Virus record (IMG/VR): IMGVR_UViG_3300025118_000012
Span: 1-63,205 of that record
Direction: 5' to 3' (one strand)
Source of the DNA: a virus
Taxonomy: Duplodnaviria; Caudoviricetes
DNA length: 63,205 nt
The translations under genes and the position numbers were made by a program. The notes beneath the pieces are model-generated. The model was given only the letters and a program-made list of their open reading frames with translations. It had not been told where the DNA came from and searched no databases. Positions within the stretch are counted from its first letter, which is position 1, and each line of letters starts with the position of its first letter. Positions 56,468 through 63,205 of this stretch are shown in pieces.

Positions 56468-56794
56468 ATGACAAACGCGGTAAAAAAGCTAAAGCAAGAT
56501 GAGAAAAAAGTTGTTCTTGCTTATGCTCAATTAAAGCTAAGAGCAAATAGACTATCTAAAGAGTTAGACACAATGAAACAAAATGTTGTTAGTGTGTTTG
56601 ATAGATCAAATCAAAACTTAATCATTGTTCAAGATGAGCATGGCAATAGTTTTGGAATACAAAAAATAAATCGTAAGAGAAAAAAGTTTGAGACAGCAAA
56701 CTTTAAGATTGCTCATAATGATTTATTCAATCAGTTCTGCACCGAATTAGAATATGCAGAATATAAAGCGATTGGTGGTACTGATGACAAATAG
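56468..56794 (+). CDS. Early-region hypothetical protein
   Basis: TAACAAAGAGG leader; coiled coil then FETANFK..H.DLF. Confidence 0.75.
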   Translation: MTNAVKKLKQDEKKVVLAYAQLKLRANRLSKELDTMKQNVVSVFDRSNQNLIIVQDEHGNSFGIQKINRKRKKFETANFKIAHNDLFNQFCTELEYAEYKAIGGTDDK

Positions 56795-57038
56795 TCTAAT
56801 CAATATTGCTCAAACATTAACAGAGCGAGTAAGCAATACTACACAACCAACTCAACTATCAGATATGTATCTTGATGTAGCTGGTAAGAAACAATTAAAC
56901 TATGAGATAATGTTTCAGTTATTAATGGGAGAGTGTGAGAAACATATACTAGAAAATCATGGCAACCCTGTTGTTGATGAATTTAGAGATAGTATATTAA
57001 CTAAGTTCTCAACTCTAGTTAGTTCATTAACTAAGTAA
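56784..57038 (+). CDS. Early-region hypothetical protein
   Basis: GGTGG RBS before MTNSLINIA; LNYEIMFQLL. Confidence 0.7.
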   Translation: MTNSLINIAQTLTERVSNTTQPTQLSDMYLDVAGKKQLNYEIMFQLLMGECEKHILENHGNPVVDEFRDSILTKFSTLVSSLTK

Positions 57039-57055
57039 TTAATCATACATAGAAA

Positions 57056-57140
57056 CCTATAGCGCGTCTGCGCTATAGGTGCGTCTGCACTATAGAAGGC
57101 TCTTAAAATCAAACGACTTAAAACGAAGCGCCTGCGCTTC
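57056..57140. repeat. Cluster of GC hairpins at the early/late boundary
   Basis: cctatagcgc-gtct-gcgctatagg, an overlapping second gtct hairpin, and gaagcg-cctg-cgcttc. Confidence 0.7.
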
Positions 57141-57223
57141 AGGATCACGTTAAAAGACGTGGCTTTTCCCCTCGAAGAGGTTTACAAAGCAAGATATACA
57201 AATATACTAGGGTCCCAAACGGT

Positions 57224-57955
57224 ATGAATTTTAAAATAAAAAATTTTTCTAAAAAATTAACGTTTTATAGTTTAATTGAAGGTATTGAATATATAATGCC
57301 TATTATACCCAGTAAAGATTACAAGCACCCTTGGTTACAAAAAGCCATTGTAAATATTAAAAAAGATCAAAGTGTTCTAAGATGCCCAGGTATACTTAAA
57401 ATTAGAAATGAAGGTTGGATTGTAAGAGCATGGCAAGACATTAAAATTAAGGTTGAAGGCTCTGAATTCTCTTGGACCACACCTTTAGATCAACGAGAAC
57501 TATACACACATTTACCAGCAGATGCTTTAGGGTGGCATGACGAATCACGATTATTTGATTATTTTGAAAATTGGCCAAAAGATTCTCTATCTAAAATAAT
57601 TAAAATAAATGTACCTTGGTCGGTGGACGTTCCTAAAGGTTATATCTTACATCAGTTCCATCCTGCTTATTTAGATGAAAATAGGTTTACTACACTTCCT
57701 GGAATGTATACGTCAGATACAGGTTTAAATACTTTAAATGTTCCAATTATTTTACATATGAATAAAGGTGAAGTTTTAATCAAGGCTGGTACACCAATAG
57801 CACAACTAGTATTATATAAAAAAGAAAGTATACAACATGAAAATGTATTGGCTTGCACAAGTAAAAAATTTTTAAAAAAAGAAAGATTAACTTATTTATT
57901 GTTAAATATGAGATTTAAAAAACTATATAATAAAATAAAGGATTTTTGGAAATGA
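57224..57955 (+). CDS. DUF6065-like / dUTPase-fold protein
   Basis: RCPGI...GWIVRAWQD, KINVPW...PKGY, IKAGTPIAQL. Confidence 0.65.
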   Translation: MNFKIKNFSKKLTFYSLIEGIEYIMPIIPSKDYKHPWLQKAIVNIKKDQSVLRCPGILKIRNEGWIVRAWQDIKIKVEGSEFSWTTPLDQRELYTHLPADALGWHDESRLFDYFENWPKDSLSKIIKINVPWSVDVPKGYILHQFHPAYLDENRFTTLPGMYTSDTGLNTLNVPIILHMNKGEVLIKAGTPIAQLVLYKKESIQHENVLACTSKKFLKKERLTYLLLNMRFKKLYNKIKDFWK

Positions 57956-58443
57956 GTTATAAAATAGTAGATAACTTTATAGAGGACCCAAAAGTATTTA
58001 ACATTATTACAGAAAAACTTTTTAGTGATGCCTTTCCTTGGTACTATAGTGATAATGTAGCGTACTCAGGAGAAAATAATAAAAGTTTTTATTTTGTGCA
58101 TAATTTTTTTAGAGATGGTAAACAACAAAGTGATTGGATGGATATAATGCACCCGGTGTTAGGAAGACTACAGTTCAACCACTTGTTACATATACGTGCA
58201 AATTGTTATACTAATGTGACTGAACCTCTTACGCACGACTATCACGTTGATAGACATACTCCGCATAAGGTTGCTTTGTATAGTCTTAATGACAACAATG
58301 GGTACACTCAATTTGAGAAAACAGAAGAGAAGGTTCAGTCTGTTAGAAACAGATTATTATTGTTTGATGGAGAGGATACACATAGAAGTACTACACAAAC
58401 AGATGAAAATTTAAGGATTAATATAAATATTAACTATGTATAA
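57946..58443 (+). CDS. 2OG-Fe(II) oxygenase (FPW...NNGYT.FE subfamily)
   Basis: HVD, NNGYTQFE, THRS, RINININY. Confidence 0.85.
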   Translation: MEMSYKIVDNFIEDPKVFNIITEKLFSDAFPWYYSDNVAYSGENNKSFYFVHNFFRDGKQQSDWMDIMHPVLGRLQFNHLLHIRANCYTNVTEPLTHDYHVDRHTPHKVALYSLNDNNGYTQFEKTEEKVQSVRNRLLLFDGEDTHRSTTQTDENLRINININYV

Positions 58444-59917
58444 TTTAGATCAACTTTCCGAAGAAGAATTAAAAGATATTATTTTGCAGAAACAACTGCA
58501 GTGGATCAAGTTATGCCAAGATAATTTTATAATTTTTGCAGAGACTATGTGGCAAGATTTTATTTATCGTAAAACAAAGAACCCAAAAAAATATGGGCAC
58601 CATCAAATTATTGCAAAGGCTTTTCAAGATATAGCAGATGGTGATGCAAAGAGGCTCATCATTAATATGCCTCCTAGGCATACCAAATCAGAATTTGCAT
58701 CTTATTTATTTCCTGCTTGGTTTATTGGAAAGTATCCAAAGAAAAAAATTATGCAGGTATCGCACAACGCAGAACTAGCGTCAAGATTCGGAAGTAAGGT
58801 TCGTAACTTAATGAACACAAAAGAATATAAACAAATTTTTGGTAACGTACAGTTAAGAGAAGATAGTAAAGCAAAAGGCAGGTGGGAAACCAATCATGGT
58901 GGAGAGTACTTTGCAGCGGGAGTTGGCGGATCTATCACAGGTCGAGGGGCCGATTTGCTTATTATCGATGATCCACATACTGAACAAGACTCAATGTCAG
59001 ACAATGCAATGGAACGTACGTACGAGTGGTATAATTCAGGACCCAGACAACGTTTGCAACCAGGGGGAAGAATTTTAATTGTCATGACCCGGTGGGCGGT
59101 AGACGATCTTACTGGAAGGCTCATCAAGGCACAAAGTGAACCTAAAGCAGATAAGTGGAAGTTAATAGAATTTCCTGCAATACTTCCAAGCGATGACCCT
59201 GTGTGGCCAGAATATTGGTCAAAAGAAGATTTAGATTCTGTTAAAGCATCTATCTCTATGAAGAACTGGAATGCACAGTATATGCAGGACCCAACTTCAG
59301 AAGAAGGTGCAATTATAAAACGAGAATGGTGGCAAGACTACGATAAAGAATACCTCCCTAAATTATTACATGTCATACAAAGTTATGATACTGCGTTTTC
59401 AAAAAAAGAAACTGCAGATTATTCTGCTATAACCACCTGGGGTATATTTGAACCTATAGAAGGTTATGAGAAGTGTATTCTTCTATTAGATGCAATGAAA
59501 GGTAGATATGATTTTCCAGATTTAAAAAATATTGCTTTAGAGCAGTATGAATATTGGGAACCGGAAACTGTAATCATTGAGGCTAAAGCTTCAGGACAAC
59601 CATTAATACATGAGTTAAGACGTGCGGGTATACCTGTTATTGATTATGTACCTGCAAGAGGTAGGGATAAACATACACGTATTAATTCCTGTGCCCCCGT
59701 ATTTGAGTCTGGTATGGTATATGCTCCTATTGATGAGCATTTTGCACAAGAGGTTATGGAGGAATGTGCGGCATTTCCTAACGGACAATATGACGACTAT
59801 GTAGACAGTACGACCCAAGCTGTGTTAAGATATCGGCAAGGTGGATTTGTAAGTACCTACTCAGATGATTGGGATGATCCCCCTATAAAAATAGAAAAAG
59901 AGTATAAATATTATTAA
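58436..59917 (+). CDS. terL: Terminase large subunit
   Basis: MPPRHTKS Walker A, LLIIDDP Walker B, VMTRW, SYDTA, IEAKASG, DDYVDS. Confidence 0.95.
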   Translation: MYNLDQLSEEELKDIILQKQLQWIKLCQDNFIIFAETMWQDFIYRKTKNPKKYGHHQIIAKAFQDIADGDAKRLIINMPPRHTKSEFASYLFPAWFIGKYPKKKIMQVSHNAELASRFGSKVRNLMNTKEYKQIFGNVQLREDSKAKGRWETNHGGEYFAAGVGGSITGRGADLLIIDDPHTEQDSMSDNAMERTYEWYNSGPRQRLQPGGRILIVMTRWAVDDLTGRLIKAQSEPKADKWKLIEFPAILPSDDPVWPEYWSKEDLDSVKASISMKNWNAQYMQDPTSEEGAIIKREWWQDYDKEYLPKLLHVIQSYDTAFSKKETADYSAITTWGIFEPIEGYEKCILLLDAMKGRYDFPDLKNIALEQYEYWEPETVIIEAKASGQPLIHELRRAGIPVIDYVPARGRDKHTRINSCAPVFESGMVYAPIDEHFAQEVMEECAAFPNGQYDDYVDSTTQAVLRYRQGGFVSTYSDDWDDPPIKIEKEYKYY

Positions 59918-59926
59918 GGAGTTATT

Positions 59927-60244
59927 ATGCCAAAAAACTTAGGTTATAGAGGATACGGAGCAGCTAGAACCCCTGGATCACAAGATTACGGTTTACAAGA
60001 TGAGAAGCTTTCTCCTGGAAAAATTTACAGCGCAAAAACAGGAAAATTAATTACAAAGGGATATACAAAAGGTTCAGAACATCCATTAGCTGGTAGACAA
60101 GGTAATGTTCTACATAAACTTAAATCACAAAAAGAATTAAAAAAAATTACTGATAGCGATAAATACAAAAAATCTGATTACAAAGGCAAAACTGAAATGC
60201 TTGGCGGTAAAGTTTATACCAGAGCCGAGATGGAAAATAAATAA
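59927..60244 (+). CDS. Basic hypothetical protein
   Basis: AAGGAG RBS; RGYGAART and AKTGKLI. Confidence 0.7.
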   Translation: MPKNLGYRGYGAARTPGSQDYGLQDEKLSPGKIYSAKTGKLITKGYTKGSEHPLAGRQGNVLHKLKSQKELKKITDSDKYKKSDYKGKTEMLGGKVYTRAEMENK

Positions 60245-60256
60245 GAGAGGTTAATT

Positions 60257-61810
60257 ATGTTACCACCAAGACACAAATGCCCACCATCAGACAGTCCAAA
60301 AAGACCTGAAAAAGCATTTTTAGGTAAACTGTTTAGAAAAAAAGGAACTGCAACTCCTAACTCAGCATCAAATATTTCTAGCGGAAGTAGTTCTGGAATG
60401 GGTGGTCTATTAAAAATTATTGAAAAGAAAAAACATTTACTCATGGGAAAAGCTAAAAGAGGAAAGTTCATGGAAAGAAGAATGAAACTTGCTGGTGCTA
60501 AAACAGCTATGACTGCGATCTCCGGAAAAACATCAATGGGCAAAGCAACAGATTACAAAAAATATTTAGAAGGTTTAAAAAAAGCTACAGCAGGTGCTAC
60601 ACCAGGTGGCACAGGTTCAGGCTCAGGTTCAGGAAGTACGTTTCTTAAAAGAAGATTGAAACTTGCTGGATCGTCTGCTCTAGGTGCAGCTAAAGCAACT
60701 AAATATGGAAAAATAGCATTAGGTGTCGCTGCTGCGGGATTAACTGCACAACAATACTTAAAATCTAAAATGAAAAAAAATAAAAACAAACAAACTTTAA
60801 AAGATTTTAGAGAACAAAAGAAACCAGGAATACCTTCTAAAAAAACACAAACTATTAATAAGGCTAAAATTAAACTTAAAAAATACACTAAAGGTGGTGG
60901 TGCTGACACTGGTACAAAGGGTGAATGGAAAAGTAAAGGTGCAGTTATAGCTGATAAATTAAAAAGAAAATATAGAACGCTTACCGATCCTGATCTTTTA
61001 AGAAAAGCACACGAAAAAAAATTTAAATCTCTAAGAAAACAAAATCACGATCAAGCTTTAAGACCGGTTCCACAATGGATAAAGGACCGTCAACAGAAAA
61101 AAACAGCAGGTCCGGTGGGTGATTTAAGAAGAGTTAATCCTTTTCAAGGCAGACATAAACCTTTAAATTTTTCAAAAAGAACAATGGAGATTTTAAAATC
61201 ACGAGCTAAAGCAACAAAAAAAATGGGCGGTGGCATGATGCAAAAACCTAGGGGATATAAAACAGGTAGTGATGAATACATTTTCAAGAAACTTAAACCA
61301 ACTGATAGAACAGGAGGTGGTTATGATGCAGGTATACCAGGTATGCTTAGAGACAAGTATAAAGAAGATGGTATTCATTATAGAAAACCACAAGAAATAG
61401 GACCAGATGATCCAAGATCTAGGATATTCAAAAGATATTTAGAAGCACAAGATAGAAAGAAAAAAATTAAACAAAAAATTAAATCTATAGCTAAAGGAAT
61501 TGCTACAGCTGTGATTCCTGGAGCTAAAGCCGCAGAAATTGCTGGTCAAGTTATTTCAAAAATAAAAAGTTCTGGAAGTTCATCTAAGAAGGTTTCGAAG
61601 GGCCCTGGTGGAAGAATAGGTTCAAAAGGTAGACCCATAACTAAAATTGTACCTAAAAAGAATAATGATAATAGTAGAAATCCAAATCCAAAAACACCAA
61701 AAAGAATGGGCGGTGGCATGATGCAAAAACCTTCAGCCGGATTCACATCAGGTGGTTCGGTAACCGTTAAAACTAAAATAGGGAAATTTTTTCCGACTAA
61801 AACATATTAG
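60257..61810 (+). CDS. Very basic modular protein with repeated xxGG/xxGK motifs
   Basis: AFLGKLF, AKRGKFM, YTKGGGA, KMGGGMM, RMGGGMM, FTSGGSV; 28-bp direct repeat at 61222-61249 and 61705-61732. Confidence 0.75.
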   Translation: MLPPRHKCPPSDSPKRPEKAFLGKLFRKKGTATPNSASNISSGSSSGMGGLLKIIEKKKHLLMGKAKRGKFMERRMKLAGAKTAMTAISGKTSMGKATDYKKYLEGLKKATAGATPGGTGSGSGSGSTFLKRRLKLAGSSALGAAKATKYGKIALGVAAAGLTAQQYLKSKMKKNKNKQTLKDFREQKKPGIPSKKTQTINKAKIKLKKYTKGGGADTGTKGEWKSKGAVIADKLKRKYRTLTDPDLLRKAHEKKFKSLRKQNHDQALRPVPQWIKDRQQKKTAGPVGDLRRVNPFQGRHKPLNFSKRTMEILKSRAKATKKMGGGMMQKPRGYKTGSDEYIFKKLKPTDRTGGGYDAGIPGMLRDKYKEDGIHYRKPQEIGPDDPRSRIFKRYLEAQDRKKKIKQKIKSIAKGIATAVIPGAKAAEIAGQVISKIKSSGSSSKKVSKGPGGRIGSKGRPITKIVPKKNNDNSRNPNPKTPKRMGGGMMQKPSAGFTSGGSVTVKTKIGKFFPTKTY

Positions 61811-61818
61811 GGGGATTA

Positions 61819-63205
61819 ATGTCCCTAAAGAATATTCTATTCGGGATTGGCAAAAAGGTATTTGGTAAGAAACCACAACCATCACCGGTTACCGGAAAAC
61901 AGCAAGGTTTAATCACATACGAAAAAAAGAACCTTCAATCCACAGGTAAAGATCTAGCTACTCAAGATTTAAAAAATCCCCCAACTATTCTTAAAAAAAC
62001 TAAGCCCCTTCACATGGGCGATAAAACCCCTCCAGCTTTTGGTTCTTCAACTTATGATTGGGTAATGAAAAAAGGATCAGGTAAATTTACTGCGGATGAA
62101 TGGGTAGATCATTTAACTGCTACTAGAAAAGAAACATTTAAATTATGGGGTAAACCTGCAACTAGAACTGTAAGGGATACTAAAAGATTTAAGTACGATT
62201 CAGGAGAATTTCAAGGGAAAGAAGTAACTATTGGTAAAGACGAATTATTCGATTCTAATCTTGCTATTTTTAACGAAGCGGGCGATCTTACAGGTGGTTT
62301 ATTATACGCAGCTAAGAAGTTTGGTTTAAAATTAGATGCTAATGAATTAGGTGCTATGATTAAATTAAATCCTATTAATAGATTAAAACCTATGGAATTT
62401 GGTATACCTAAAGGAGCTGCGGAAGCTCTAGAGACTCAAGTTAAAACTGCAGGCGAACAAATAAAAGGATTATCCAAAAAATACGCTAATATCAGTGATT
62501 CTGTTAAAACAGAATTAGATTCCTTATCCTATCACTTAAAAGGTATTACAGGCACCGGGAGTAACGAACAATTAGTAAATGCAACAGATGATTTTATGTA
62601 TACTCTTAAAGAGATTAGAAAAATGAGAAAAATAGCAGTTGAGGATAAAAAACTTTTAAATGAAATAATGGGCAATCTAAGTAAAAGAGTTGCTCCTATA
62701 AAAGGATCTAAAACAAGATATGCAAACGAAAAAAGTTACACTTTACAAAGTGGAAAAGATTACAAAGAAACTTTATTTTATTTAGACGAGCCAATTGCAT
62801 CTAACAAAAGTCCTTTAGTAAAAGGAGGGCACTTTAGTGACTCCGGTGCTACGAACCAAATTTATCACGTTAGATATGACACAAGGTTCACTCCAGATAA
62901 TAAAAAAGTTTTCATGATTCATGAAGTACAATCAGATGTTAACCAACCCATAGCAAAAGCTTTAACTAAACTTCAGCAATTGGGTGGAGAGAGAAGAGTT
63001 AATCCTTTTCAAGCCGATATAGAATTAGATTTACTTTCACGTAATAGAGCTAAATTAATGGCAGAGATGAGTGAAGCTGTTGCAAAAAGACAACCAAACA
63101 AAGCCAGAGCTATTGGTAATGAGGTAAAAGACATTCAAGCAAAATTAAATTCAGTTTTTACTAGAAGGTCAAAGGAAGGTTCTAGATATGATTATTTTCC
63201 TATGG
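61819..63205 (+). CDS. 5' part of the ~643-aa protein continuing at 1-699 (absent from ORF track)
   Basis: Frame read open by eye from ATG 61819 (MSLKNILFGIGKK) to the window end; YTLQSGKDYKE, GGHF, YHVRYDTR, IHEVQSD. Confidence 0.85.
   Translation, partial: MSLKNILFGIGKKVFGKKPQPSPVTGKQQGLITYEKKNLQSTGKDLATQDLKNPPTILKKTKPLHMGDKTPPAFGSSTYDWVMKKGSGKFTADEWVDHLTATRKETFKLWGKPATRTVRDTKRFKYDSGEFQGKEVTIGKDELFDSNLAIFNEAGDLTGGLLYAAKKFGLKLDANELGAMIKLNPINRLKPMEFGIPKGAAEALETQVKTAGEQIKGLSKKYANISDSVKTELDSLSYHLKGITGTGSNEQLVNATDDFMYTLKEIRKMRKIAVEDKKLLNEIMGNLSKRVAPIKGSKTRYANEKSYTLQSGKDYKETLFYLDEPIASNKSPLVKGGHFSDSGATNQIYHVRYDTRFTPDNKKVFMIHEVQSDVNQPIAKALTKLQQLGGERRVNPFQADIELDLLSRNRAKLMAEMSEAVAKRQPNKARAIGNEVKDIQAKLNSVFTRRSKEGSRYDYFPM
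63052..63205 (+). repeat. Terminal overlap copy 2
   Basis: See 1-154. Confidence 0.97.

Larger units (their letters stand above)
1..63205. mobile_element. Complete circularly permuted podovirus-like phage genome, probably SAR11-infecting (HTVC023P-like)
   Basis: Terminal overlap; packaging, head, tail, ejection, lysis and replication genes all present; no host housekeeping genes. Taxonomic placement is inferred from gene content and order only. Confidence 0.93.

Noticed and set aside
507-61746. Many 60-160 aa ORFs antisense to or nested in long genes (e.g. 2487..2795, 3976..4377, 15833..16315, 60553..60909)
   Set aside because: They shadow well-supported genes, lack RBS and motifs, and are expected by chance.

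Overview
The window is an apparently complete, circularly permuted ~63.05 kb dsDNA phage genome: bases 1-154 recur at 63052-63205 with 2 mismatches, and one gene runs across the junction. It is AT-rich and podovirus-like. It carries terminase small and large subunits, portal, GroES, scaffold, major capsid protein, adaptor/tail/fibre genes, ejection proteins, holin and an M15 endolysin. The replisome comprises family A polymerase (Leu762 type), AEP primase, UvrD and SNF2 helicases and a PD-(D/E)XK exonuclease. The layout and host-like cspA and hsp20 genes suggest a marine alphaproteobacterial, probably SAR11, phage resembling HTVC023P-type pelagiphages (inference, no search run). I saw no integrase, tRNA, CRISPR array or reverse transcriptase. 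Least explained signals: (1) two long stem-loops whose loops are antisense to translation-start regions of other phage genes, plus ATCYYAT heptamer pairs at 10-bp pitch at five promoters and a ~200-nt structured RNA, suggesting an RNA-plus-repressor control circuit; (2) eight proteins sharing a short xxG[G/K]x-hydrophobic motif, one with a beta-barrel-like module; (3) ten 2OG-Fe(II)/cupin oxygenases, two glycosyltransferases and a methyltransferase; (4) a GC-rich island with a one-strand CTCGTT array between terS and terL; (5) an hsp20 cassette flanked by a 14-bp duplication; (6) an iteron-type origin candidate.
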